DNA of 63,847 nt, counting the filler, from Octopus bimaculoides (taxonomy: Eukaryota), in assembly GCF_001194135.2 (NCBI RefSeq). It is 6 parts of 6 records of this genome, joined end to end, with 100 filler letters (N's around TTAATTAATTAA, not from the genome) between each part and the next. Parts side by side here need not be neighbours in the genome. Positions count along the whole stretch, not along the records: positions 1 to 25,750 come from NC_068983.1; 5 more parts are not named here. The stretch is one strand, 5' to 3'. The position numbers and the translations under genes were made by a program. The notes under the pieces were generated by a model. That model saw only the letters and a list, made by a program, of their open reading frames with translations. It ran no database searches and was not told the DNA's origin. This document shows, one piece after another, positions 11,145 through 22,974 of the stretch (positions within the stretch are counted from its first letter, which is position 1; the number at the start of each line of letters is the position of its first letter).

Positions 11145-12237
11145 CTTAAAATAAAAGAAAATAGGTTTTCAGTAAACATCCATATATGTATATGAAATAT
11201 GTACGTACATACATGTAAAAATGTGTAGCATTGGCTACTAAGATGCAAAACATTGTAATTAAACTGAAACAAGACAATAATAGTTAAAGTAAGAACATGT
11301 ATGTTTTTGATGTTTTAATATGAACACAGACACACACACACACACGTACAGATGCAGGCCACATTCTACAATTTACCTGTAAGATGAATCAACAGCAACC
11401 TTGTTTTACAAGATAACTTTAGGTAATGTAGGTAACTAGTGCTGAAAATATCCTTCTTACTACATCAAATCTCTAAAGCTACAGATCCAAGAAAGTTAGT
11501 GGATGCTAAGGAGTCATTTGGGGATTGAATGAGATTATGAAGCAAATCTTATAAGAAATATCTGTCGAGATAAGACTGTTTCTGAGCAGCTCAAAAAGAG
11601 CCACAATAACACCCTGTTAGGGATGCACCAATAAGGGCCCCAGTAACGCAATTGGCAGCACACCAAAGCTATAGTCAAATAACCTTAAAATCAATGTCAT
11701 CAGCATCACAACCACCACACTCCCATAATCATCATCATCACCACCACCATCACCATGGCATGGGTTGGACAGTTGACAGGGTCTGGTGGCTATTATTTAA
11801 AAAAAATAGTGAAAGCTATTTCCATTATTATTGACACTGAATAGTGTGAAGTTATAACATGATTTTTAAAGTCAAGAGATGAGCTTACAGAATAAAGAGC
11901 TCAATGTCTGCTATCTCTATTTGTTATTCCTGTCTATCTAGCTGTTTACCTCATTCAGTGAAGTTTCATAGTAATAATAACATATATTTACACCCCAGTG
12001 TCACTTTGATGGCATGCATCACTCAATGATAAGATGGATAGAGGAAATAGGCATAAAACCCAGTTTAGTACAGCTGCAGAAAACAGTGTTATTAGGGACA
12101 GCTAGGATACTTGGGAAGGTTCTTGGCATCTAAGGTTATTTGCTGTAACCCAATAGGAGGGTTCTTGTTAGGATTCTTTTCTTTTCCAACAGTCTAATCT
12201 GTTGAATGTATATGAATAATAATTGTTGAATTCACAA

Positions 12238-12545
12238 AATGTTAAACCTGTTGCAAGGCCCACTCTGAAGGCTGTTCATAAACAGAAGAGACTGAAATGG
12301 GCAGAAGAATACATAAAGATAGATTTATCAACAGTTTTGTTCACTGATGAATGCTGTGCTACCCTTGACTGACCAGATGGCTGGAGTGGAGGTTGGGTAT
12401 CAGAGGGAACTGACCTCATAGTTTGAGATGTCAAAAGGGGAGAGGTGGGGGTATGTTTTGGGCTGGCATCGTTTGTGGTATGATGGTCAGGCCATGAAAA
12501 GTCCCAGATTGCATTAAGATGACATCAAAAACATGTTACCTTCTT
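12238..12545 (+). mobile_element. Degenerate Tc1-like DDE transposase fragment (inside CNNM intron)
   Basis: Manual translation NVKPVARPTLKAVHKQKRLKWAEEYIKIDLSTVLFTDECCATLD*PDGWSGGW...GMFWAGIV...KVPDCIKMTSK; includes the first catalytic Asp (FTDE). Confidence 0.85.
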
Positions 12546-12928
12546 AGAAAAGTTGGAAAGAAGACAATGATGAAGTGATGAGGTGTCAGAGTTTATTCTC
12601 AAGATGGGAAGTATGAGAGAGAATACAGACAAAGGACCATGAAACAAGTTCATAAGATTGTGAGAGGAGAGTGACAGATGATCAGAGGTGGGAGGAGAAT
12701 GAGTATAGTGAATGGAACAAGAGTAGAGGTATGATGGTCGATGGTACATAACAGTATAATGGTAGGGAGTGAAAGAAATGGAGTGGTGCCAAGTGGCAGT
12801 AAAGGAAAGGTAAAGAGCAGCAAACAGTGTAATAAACCTGCAGGTAGATGAGAAAACAGGGAAATGGGAAAGAAATCTTTTTCTTTTTTCTGTATATGGA
12901 TAACTTCCATTAAAACATTAATACTCAC

Positions 12929-13187
12929 TCTCCAAAGATAAGAACACCAGTTGTTGAAACGATGATAGCAGTTACAGGGTCAGATATGTAATTCAGGAAT
13001 ATGGGCATTGCCTCCACTGCTGCTGAATTTGTCAGCAATAGTGTAACAAGTAAAAGATGTCGTTTCTTCACTAGAGGAATAATAATGTTAGCATATTTCT
13101 GTTCTTTCGCTGTACCTCCAGCCCTTAAAGTCAGTAAATTGAGCATGTCGAGAGAAAAGAAGCCAATGGTTAGTCCGGACATCAAAC
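12929..13187 (-). CDS. CNNM-like: CNNM/DUF21-CBS metal (Mg2+) transporter family protein, internal exon (first detected); DUF21 transmembrane domain
   Basis: Translates (G)LMSGLTIGFFSLDMLNLLTLRAGGTAKEQKYANIIIPLVKKRHLLLVTLLLTNSAAVEAMPIFLNYISDPVTAIIVSTTGVLIFG(E), with the hallmark DUF21 motifs GLMSGL, HLLLVTLLL and FGE. Acceptor cctctttcAG at 13188 and donor GTgagt at 12928; 259 nt, phase 1 to phase 2. Confidence 0.95.
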
Positions 13188-14779
13188 CTGAAAGAGGAAT
13201 TTTAAAAATAATAACTGGTAAGACATATAAGAATAAACATAATAATGATAACAACAGTAATTTCTTAATTAGATATGAAGGCAAAGATTGGTATTGCAGT
13301 GAGACAGAGGTGTTGAGCTCCCAAATGGTTACACTTTTTGTTCTGTAGCTTTGAGCAAGACACATAACTTTGCTTGCTTCACTGTGCCTGACTGATAAAA
13401 TATAAGTTTAACTCTTACAGTACGGTTGAAAAAAAAAAGCATAAAACATAGCTTTTAGAAAGTCCCTCAAGGAAAGAGGATATCTTTGGGATCTCTATGT
13501 CTCATGGATTTATGAATGTGCACCTATAAACAAAAAAAAAATCTAGCTTCAGTTTATGTTGGTAGAACATGGTTAGGTGTTACTGGTGTTTCCTCCACTT
13601 CAGGCTGTAGGCTTGGGCAAGAGTTGTATGGAAAAGCAGCAGTTGTCCTCAAATCACACTACTGATGTTGCCCAGTGAAGGTCAAGATCAAAAGCTGATA
13701 CACCACTGTCATTAGAATGAAGACAACGTTGGATTAATTTAAGAATTCCAACTCCTGATTTGTAGCAGATTAAAAAAGTCCAAATACTTGAATAGTACTG
13801 ATACTTATTTGATGTCAACCCCAGAAAAATGAAAGGTCAGATCTGAACTCAGAACGTAAAGAGCTGGAAGAAATACAACAAGGCATTTTTGTCCAAGGTT
13901 CTTATAATTCTGTTATTGACTACTTAGAGAAAGTCAACAGAAAACAATGAAAATATAAAGGTTTAGAGCAGCAGAGCAAATGATCATAAGATAGCAAACA
14001 ACCCTGTTTATGATTTTGCTACACAATAACAATTTCTCCTTGTTTGGTAACATAGATATCAATAGTAATTGAGGCGAAATGAATGAACTAAAAATATTGA
14101 AACTGCAAAACTGTTTTCAGCTGTTGGGAGACCTCATTCAGTTCTGGTAAGGTAGAGATATAACATGGTAACTGATGCTTAAAAGTAAAGCATACATTCC
14201 ACATGATAATGCTGGGATCATTATCAACTTTACCGTTGTCATCATCTTACATCTGCTTTGAGTTGTTCTAGTGACATAGTAAAATACCCCCAGTCTACAC
14301 TGCTAAGGGGTCAGTGATAAGACATCCTTGCCAAAAGTACGTCATTCACAACAGTAAAGTCTGGCAGTGTTATCTTTATTTTGTATGAGATGGCAAAGGA
14401 TTGAGACAGATCCATCAAACCCATAATGGCGTGGGAAAACAGGAGTGAACAGCCCTGGAGAATGTGCATTGTTGATGATGATGATTAAACATTTTTGTAT
14501 ACAAAATAAATTTAGAATCTAGATGCAGTACTTTGCAAATCCTTTTTCTTTTAAACTGTTGCCTGTTTTTCTTTTACTCTCATACTTTACTGCCCCCTTG
14601 TTATATATACCACAAAAATTGCTGCTCACAGGTTGATCGCCATTAAAAGACTTTTCTCACATGTTATTTCATCAGAAATAACATGTCAATCACAAATACT
14701 GGGTTTCAAATTTTGGCACAAAGCCACAGTTTTGGGGGGAGGGGCTAAGTCAATTACATCAGCCCCAGTGAGTGAGCCT

Positions 14780-14950
14780 AATCTTGCAGGCTCGTGGGTG
14801 CTGGTGCTGCGTAAAAGCACCCAGTACACTCTGTAAAGCGGTTGGTGTTAGGAAGGGCATTCAGCTGTAAAATCCACGCCAAAACAGACATGAAGCACGG
14901 GCAGCTCTTCAGCCAGCATGGAAAACGGATGTTAATTGATGATGATGATA
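14780..14950 (+). repeat. RTE 3' tail copy
   Basis: gtgctggtgctgcgtaaaagcacccagtacactctgtaaagcggttggtgttaggaagggcattcagc...gcatggaaaacggatgttaattgatgatgatg. Confidence 0.75.
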
Positions 14951-15464
14951 CAAACAAACATTAATCTGTGTGTGCGTGTGTGTGTGTGTGTGTGTGAACG
15001 ATAGGTTTCTTTCAGTTCCAGTCTGCCAAATTGCCTCAGACACTGATCTGATGCATTTATTTCTGTTTGAAAATGAAACGGAGGTTTGCTAGTTGAGACT
15101 GCACTGAAATGAAGTTAATTGAATAAATAGCAACTGTATAGCCATCAAAAAGGTAATAAAAATAAGGCCTTCTAGAGACCTTAACAGGGTATAAGGCTGG
15201 TATTTAATCTTGTATCAAGTCATTATCCCATCCCTAGATGATGTGTACATGTGAAGATAATAAAACACAAGCAACTCCTGTTATTCATAATTCTTTAAAA
15301 ATTAGAAAATATTTCTGTGAATACTTCAACATTGCCACAATCATTATAGAAACTGTTAAGAACTCCTGATAAAAATTTTAATCTACTTCTACAAATAAAT
15401 ATGTCAGACAGAAAAGTAGAATAATGAAGGGAATTTTAAAAATTTCATAGAAATATTTTTTCTT

Positions 15465-15870
15465 TACACTTTTGTTGCAATATTTCTGTTGAAACACTCT
15501 TCTTTTGTTTGAATTAATTTTGAAAAGAATAAAGAATTTAGTAAAATAACCTAGCCATTATTAAGATGATGTCTGGAACACTAACCCATTTAATACCACC
15601 CTACTTGAGACTGTCCCTGGTTCTATGGTAGAAACATCCAGTGTTAAAGTGGTCTAAATTAAAACTTTCAAACAAAATTCTTTGTTATATTCCAAACGCC
15701 AGCTTGATTATGACAGTTATTTTAGTAAAATTCTTCATTATTTTCAAAATTATTTGAAACAAAAGCAGTGTATTTCAACAGAAATATGGTAATGAAAGAG
15801 TTAACATGAATTTTGGTGGAAGGTTTTTGTTTGGATCACTTTAAAACAGGAATTGTGTATCAAGGAATCA
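15465..15870. mobile_element. Cluster of piggyBac-like MITE pieces in both orientations
   Basis: Reverse 3' half at 15465-15580, forward copy at 15582-15804 (cTAA-CCCAT...GAG-TTAA), reverse 5' fragment at about 15830-15870. Confidence 0.6.
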
Positions 15871-17224
15871 AGGGCAGCCTCAGACAGGTTGGTATTGAAA
15901 AGGTTGCTAAATCTGCTGTTGCCGGAATCCTATCTTGCATATTTTTTTACTTATATCAAGTATGTTATAGCATATTATTTCACAAGCTTGTTTTTAAGGG
16001 GTTTACATTACTAAGAATGTCATGTCTTAGCAAATAAATAGATCCCTATTCATCTTAATATACATTTTATTTTGCAATAAGATAATAATTGTTTGTAAAT
16101 AATTTGAGCCAAAAAACAAACGATGAAAATAATAAAATACATTTTCAGAATAGCCTTAGTTTCTAGTTTTACAACTTTTTTTTTTTCTCCTGAAAGCAAA
16201 AGAGACATATTTTGAATGTAGGAGTGAAAAAGAAAGAAAAAAATTGTGATGGAAACCAGCTGGCAGTATTTGCAATGAAAATAATTTCTGGAAACATGAT
16301 TAATAAAGTATGTTTGCACATATGTTAAAAGATCAACACTACAGTTTGGATAAGAGATAAAAAGTAGAGATTTATGTGCAAAACAAATTAGTTACGAAAA
16401 AGGATGTAATGTGGCAGTTTGTATTTAACTAAAAATAAATAAAGAAATCCCTTTCTATTCTCATCACATATTTACAATATACATATTCTAGAAAGTTTTG
16501 GACTCCCTCCAAGAAACTTGTAGTCATTGTTTTGTTTTAGCCCATGAATGGCATCTTAAAATTGGCATGCTCATTTTTTGACAAATGTATTCAATCGTAG
16601 GTTATCTTTAAGGACAATGCAGATAGATTGTGATGTCACTAAACGGTGTGGGCAAAACATTGTTAATGTAATTGAAATTTGTCTCTTTGTTGGGTGTAAA
16701 AAAAAAAAAACAGTCGCAATTGTCACTAATTCTCAGAAAAAAAAGAGAGATAATCTCAAAGAAATTATGCCATTTCACAGAAAGATCTTCCTCATTTTCT
16801 ACTTGTAAAAATATCTGTCCACTGATTAAAACAGGGTTGAGAAGGCATTGTTCTGCTGATGTATAATAAGATTCAAACATGTTTGACATAAAGCCACCAC
16901 CAACCAAACCATGAAGATTTATAGTTTCCTGAGAAATCAATTTGTTGAAGTTATCTCCCCTCTACTTTGAGTATTGCTAATAACTGTCACGCGACTTCTA
17001 TGTTCTTTTTTCCAACTAAAAAGCAAATTTCAACTCTTCAATACATTGCCATCTACCTGAATTATCATAGCTCGTACAAATAACCAACTTGACTTAGTTC
17101 CCTTAGCCTACTTTTTTAAGTTTAAGGGCAACCGAAATTTATACCTTAATGAATAATAGATTGTCAAAGTGTTTAAACAATCCCCTATAATTCATATAAT
17201 TAGACTTCACATATTTCGATAGAC

Positions 17225-17652
17225 ATTTTGAAAAACGAGCGTGATCGTTGCCAGAGCAGCTGTCTGGCTTCCGTGCCAGTGGCATGTAAATAGCACCATT
17301 TGAACGTGATTGCTACCAGCGTCCCCTTCCCGGTACTTGTGCTGGTGGCACATGAAAAGACATTTGAGCGAGGTCGTTGCCAGTGCCGCTGGACTGGCTC
17401 CCATGCAGGTGGCACATAAAAGACACCATTTTGAGCGTGGCCGTTGCCAGTACCGCCTGACTGGCCTTCGTGCCGGTGGCACGTAAAAGCACCCACTACA
17501 CTCTCTGAGTGGTTGGCGTTAGGAAGGGGATCCAGCCATAGGAACTCTGCCAGATCAGATTGGAGCCTGGTGTAGTCATCTGGTTTCACCAGTCTTCAGT
17601 CAAATCGTCCAACCCATGCTAGCATGGAAAGCGGACGTTAAACGATGATGAT
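17225..17652 (+). mobile_element. RTE LINE 3' UTR with four ~65-bp tandem subunits
   Basis: Units of (a)gcgtg..cgttgccag...ctggc...gtgc..gtggca(c/t)..aaa...cattt; ends gcatggaaagcggacgttaaacgatgatgatg. Confidence 0.85.
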
Positions 17653-18039
17653 GAATAATTATACAAAATTAGAATACTTAATGTTAAATAAAATCCAACG
17701 AAGAAAATTTGTTAGTAGAAGATGTCATCCAAAATTCTTTTGGTGACATACAGATATCTTTATGGCATCTCTGTTTAATAATAGCCTATATGAACATCAG
17801 TTGGCCGGTTGGCTGATTGTTTGCTCCATTCATGCTTTACATCATATAAAGAGAGGTGATAGAGAGTAAAAAAGAGAGAGAGAGAGTTAATATAAGAAGT
17901 ACAGAATGTGTAAAAACATACAAGACTTGGTGACAGGCAACAAGTAAAGGAACACTACACACAGAGTGAGAGAGAAAGACTCATAGAAGAGGTGAAGGAA
18001 GAAAGAGATAGAGTGTGTGTGTGTGCATGAATATGAGAG

Positions 18040-18545
18040 AACCTACTTAAGGCTGACAGATCAAATCTGCAGCTGGAGCAAAGTTTCTGTCAGACCAAGG
18101 CTGACAGAGCAGTGGAAGAGTGATGCTGACATGGCCATAAAAGAGAAGAGATTGGTTTGGAAAGAATAGGAAAATGGAGGTAGCAACGAACCATATCAGG
18201 TAGCTGAAAGAGAAGCTTGGTGTTGGGTTTATCTAGCAAGAGCAGAAGAGAAAAAGAAGAGGTTTAACAATGTCTTATAAGGATCAGAGATGAGATGTGT
18301 TGTGGATTGCAAGATGGTGTATCGGAGAGAATTGAGATGTTGTGGATGAGAAGTGTGTACAAATGGAAAAGGGTACACTTACACTTTGGGATTCTGAGAA
18401 GAAAGAGGCATGGAAGTGCCACTATGAAAGGTTGCTAAATGTGGAGAATGCATGGGAGGAGAGCCTTCCTAACATCAATCCACCTAAGGCACCAGGTGTC
18501 AGAGTCGACAACAGTGTGACAGATAAAGCAATTAAGGATATGATT
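18040..18545 (+). mobile_element. Degenerate RTE LINE ORF fragment (endonuclease-to-RT linker)
   Basis: AIKEKRLVWKE*ENGGSNEPYQVA...EKCVQMEKGTLTLWDSEKKEAWKCHYERLLNVENAWEESLP...DKAIKDM; HYERLLN is typical of the RTE pre-RT linker. Confidence 0.75.
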
Positions 18546-18619
18546 GGCATTAGGAAGGGCATCCAGCTGTAGAAACCATGCCAAAACAGACACAGTGCAG
18601 TGTCCTTGTTACTTATTTG

Positions 18620-18657
<38 letters not shown>

Positions 18658-19134
18658 CTCATTTAAAGTTCTTTCATACTAATGATTTACCAACAGCTAT
18701 ATTGTAAAACAGAAAACAACAGAACTTCCTCCTTAACAGTCAATAATACTGGAATGCATTTCCTGTTGATCCCCCACAACACACCTTTCTATTCTGTTTC
18801 AGTTATCTAATTGCCCTAATTGATGATAGAAGTGATTATGAAGTGAGTAGCTAGAGTAAGAGAAACATGAAGGCTTCTGTTTGTTCCATCCTCCCTCTTC
18901 CCATCTTCATTATCCTCTTAACATCTACTTTCCCATGCTTGCATAGATCAGACAATTTGTCGAGTGACTTTCTACAGTTAGCATCCCTTCCTGTCATCTG
19001 CCTTCACCCGTTTCTAAAGCAAGGTAATATTTCTGCACAGCCAGACATATTTCTATGAAAGACTGGAAATGTTATGAGAGTGATGCTTGTGTGATACCTA
19101 TTGCATGTCACAAGGGTGCACAAACACACATATA

Positions 19135-19290
19135 CAACAAGCTTCTTTCAGTTTCCATGTACCTATTCCACTCACAAGGCTTTGGTTAGCTTGGGGTTTT
19201 AGTAGAAGGCACTTGCCGAAAGTGCCATACTATGGGATTGAACCTCAAACCACATGGCTGGGAAACTAATTATTTAACCATACAGCCACG
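19135..19290 (-). repeat. SINE family A head, decayed
   Basis: gcttctttcagtttcc...ccactcacaaggctttgg...gcacttgcc..aagtgcc...accatacagccac. Confidence 0.75.
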
Positions 19291-20259
19291 TCTGCACTTT
19301 CAAGCAGGAAGTCAGCATGCTTAAAGAATATACACGAAAGTTTCTTCCTTGACAAGCATTATTCCACAGAAAGTAGATGTCAACACAATAGTTTTTTTTG
19401 CTTTCTTTGTGTGTATTTATAGAACACTTCATTAATAAATGTTATTGTAAGACAATATAGTGTTTCAAATGACAATAGTCCTTTGATTTTTGACTTTGGC
19501 ATCTAAGTGGCAACCAGAGTAATGCTAGTCTTCGGTTTCCTAAGTAACCAGTTTTGTCAAGTGAATTATTTAGAACAGACCAAAAAGGTGTGTAATCAGA
19601 TATCTAAAAAAAAAGCTAACCACTCTATAACTGCTAAATCTATCATTTGACATAGAACCTTTCATGTATCGTTCTGCGTGTGTGTCTCCCATATCAGGTT
19701 GACAGTACAAACAGGATAAATAGAACTTAAAACATAAGTAGTTTATTTTTAACCAGTAGGTTGAGAGTTTCATGTTTAACAAGTAGTATGCATGAAACTC
19801 TCGGCCTTTGAGTTACTTTGTAACTTCTGTAGATTGAAAATAAAATATGAAAGATATATATATATATATATATAGGTGAAGACATCTCAGGCTAAATAAA
19901 ATCGTGGCCACCCATACATACAGGCATGTCCTTTATGGCCATGCCTCTCCCCTCACTTACACATAATGCTGTCTTCTATGAAACTCCTCCACACCCCCAC
20001 CATTCTCCCTCATGTGCCTACCCACACTCTCTCCACGCCCTTACACACCTACCATACCCCTCCCAGACACTTCCAATTCCTCTCAACATCACTTATCTTT
20101 GCTATCTTTAAACATCTTTCCCCACCCTCTTTTGGAACATCTCCCTCAATCCCCTGTGGATAATCCATTGTTATCTGTGGGGAGTCCCTTTTTCTCTCTC
20201 TCACTTTGACTGTCCGTCTCTCTTCCACCTTCCTCTCCTTCCTTGTCCTTCTCAAGTAT

Positions 20260-20492
20260 CTCCTCAATATTAAGCAGGCGACTTCTGTCATATTCTGATC
20301 TCTTGGTTCGACTCCCCTATTTTGAACAAGAGGTCCTTGTCTTGTGAGCCCTGGGTGCTGGTGCCATGTAAAAAGCACTCAATACACTCTAGAAAATGGT
20401 TGGTGTTAGAGAGGGCATCCAGCCATAGAAATCATGACAAAACAGAGAGCCTGGTGCTGCCCTCCAGCCTTGCCAGCCCCTGGCAAACCATC

Positions 20493-20495
<3 letters not shown>
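20260..20495 (+). repeat. RTE 3' UTR copy ending at (GA)n
   Basis: gtgctggtgccatgtaaaaagcac...ggttggtgttagagagggcatccagcc. Confidence 0.65.
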
Positions 20496-20541
<46 letters not shown>

Positions 20542-20578
20542 NNNNNNNNNNNNNNNNNNNNNNNNNNNNNNNNNNNNN

Positions 20579-20629
<51 letters not shown>

Positions 20630-21733
20630 CGCCTACTTATTTGTGGTTTGGCATTTGCAGACCTGGTTATTCACGGAACTAATATTTGCATGTGGAAACC
20701 ACTGCATATTCACGAAATTGTAAATATCGTCTGCAATTTTTTATGGCTTTTTGCATGACAATATATATTTTTTCCCGCTATTTAAGGCTAAATTATTAAT
20801 AACAATATACTGTATTTGCAGGCTTACTGGACACCCCTTCGCAGTTGAAGCTCCCCCTGATTAGAATAGTTGTGTATTACGTCGCTTGATTGTTTTAGAT
20901 ACAATTACACTGTATTTTGTATCTCTTATTCCTGCTTTCAATCAAAGCTTGCTAATTAGTATAGCAACATCTATCTATATTTCACACATACATTCTCTCC
21001 CTGTATTTGCCTTGAGACTTTCAAGACAGTACTTCTCGATACACCAAACATTTCAGTTGTTTTCGTTATGCTAGCACCTGCCATACAAGCACCAACAATT
21101 TGACCTCTTTGAAAGTGCGATAGATCTGTCATTTTAATGAATTTTAATTACTTTTTTCTGAAGATATCTGAAAAGAAACAGCAATTTCAGCAAAACATAT
21201 TGAGCAACACTAATAATAAATCAAAAAACATAACAATAAACAAGATTTTGATGGTTTTATAGATATTTCAAAATTATGATGCTATTATGCTAGGTGTTTC
21301 CTTTATTTTGTCCAACCCCTGCATATACAGTATATCGCCCCAGTATTATGTGGGCTAGCGATGAAAGATCAAAGATATATACAACACGAGACCGAGTGTT
21401 AATTTCATACCAGCGCTTTTTTAAAAAATCATCACTACATTTGATGATACACAATGTTTATTTCAACAGGATAATTTTTAAGGTCGTGAGCCAATATAAC
21501 CTCATTGAAATTAGGTTACTTGCTGGTCCCTCTCTCATTATTATAGTAATACAAACTAAATTTTTCAAAACCATGATTATTTTTAATCTCTGCTCAATCT
21601 CCCATTGATGTTATGCACATATTAGTTGAAAGGAAGATTTTGTAAGTGTTTTGGGGAAAAACTGCATCCAGTAGCTATCTTGAATATTTTGTTAAGTGCT
21701 GTGTTTTTTGCAGTGTGTTATTAAAGTCCTAAG

Positions 21734-22646
21734 ATGCCACCCAAATGCCCTACATCTTCTAAGGTTTCTGGCAGTGAATCTAAGCACCAGAAAAAGGTTA
21801 TGACACTCCATGAGAAGGGACAACTGCTGGATATGTTCTGGGAAGGTAAAAGTTATGCTGCAGTAGGTCGCTATTCTGTTGTCAACAAAAGCACTATACA
21901 CTACATAAAGAAGAACAAGGTGGCAATCAGGACTACCGTAGCAGTAAGTTACTGTGAAAGTGCCAAAAAAGATAACGATAGTGAGAAGAGAAAGTGCTGA
22001 AATTATACGAGCAGTTTGACAGAGAAGATGGAGCAGAAGGCACCAAAGTACTTCAACCAAGAGCATTGACAGCACCAGAGCCCAAAGATTTTCAAAGCAA
22101 GCAAGGGATGGTTTGACCGTTTCCAGAAACGGTTTAACATAAAGTGTGTTTCCCTGCATGGAGAGACAGCATTAGCCAACAAAGAAGTTGTCAAGAAGTA
22201 CCTTGAGTCCTTCAGGCAGATCATCGAGGACAAGGGATACAAGCCAGAACAGGTTTAGAATATGGACAAGACTGGCTTCCACAACGTTCATCATGAAGGA
22301 CTAAGCCAGAGCCCCAGGATCTAAAGTACAAAAGGACAGATTGATGCTAATTATGTGTGGCAACACTGCTGACTTCATGATGAAACCAGGATTTATCTAC
22401 AAGTTCACGAAACTGAGGGCCTTCAAAAATAAGAATGAAAACCTGCTGCCTGTCCACTGGATGCACAACCCCAAAGCCTGGATTACCAAAAGTGTAACTT
22501 TGAATTGGTTCCACCAATGCTTCATCCCTCAAGCCAAAGAATACCTCCAAAATGTATGCATGGAATTCAAGGTGTTGCTTGTTATGGATAATGCTGAAGG
22601 TCATTCTTTGGATTTGAATCACAAAGGACTCCAATTTTTATCCTGA
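21734..22646 (+). mobile_element. Tigger/pogo-family transposase pseudogene (CENP-B HTH plus DDE_1), internally deleted and 3' truncated
   Basis: MPPKCPTSSK...KKVMTLHEKGQLLDM (HTH), FKASKGWFDRFQKRF, EQV*NMDKTG, KPGFIYK...LPVHWMHNPKAWIT...WFHQCFIPQAKEYL...KVLLVMDNAEGH; several stops and frameshifts. Confidence 0.92.
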
Positions 22647-22656
22647 AAATCACCTG

Positions 22657-22974
22657 TTACTTTTGTCTTAAAGTGAAAGAGAGGAGAAAGTGAAAGATGT
22701 ATGAACGTGTATATGAAATGGACGTGTGTGTGTGAGAGAGAGTGTGTGCCACTTACACATACATGAGAACACACATGTTCGCTTACTCACACACACATGC
22801 ACATGTATATACAAAAAAGATGTACACATATGTATTGATGTATGTACATATATATGACAACACAGCCCTTCACTCACTCTGCCTCTCCCTTTCTCTCTCT
22901 CTCTCACGTCCATTTCATGTACATGTACATAGATCTTTCACTTTCTCCTCTCTGTCACTTTAAAACAAAAGTAA
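22657..22974. mobile_element. Foldback/MITE-like element with ~70-bp terminal inverted repeats
   Basis: 22657-22726 ttacttttgtcttaaagtgaaagagaggagaaagtgaaagatgtatgaacgtgtatatgaaatggacgtg is the near reverse complement of 22905-22974. Confidence 0.75.

Noticed and set aside
667-13187. Bacterial CorB contamination or recent horizontal transfer
   Set aside because: The gene has four canonical multi-kb introns filled with host repeats.
13188-13365. In-frame upstream extension of the CNNM exon (MCLAQ...LLLLSLLCLFLYVLPVII) as the true N-terminus
   Set aside because: The start lies in SINE-like sequence (gtgtcttgctcaaag). The hydrophobic stretch is T-rich intron ending in a good polypyrimidine-AG exactly at the conserved G|LMSGL boundary.
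16608-16940. 110-aa minus ORF with a plausible acceptor as the missing first exon
   Set aside because: No DUF21-like sequence and no phase-1 donor giving ...(A/S)G.
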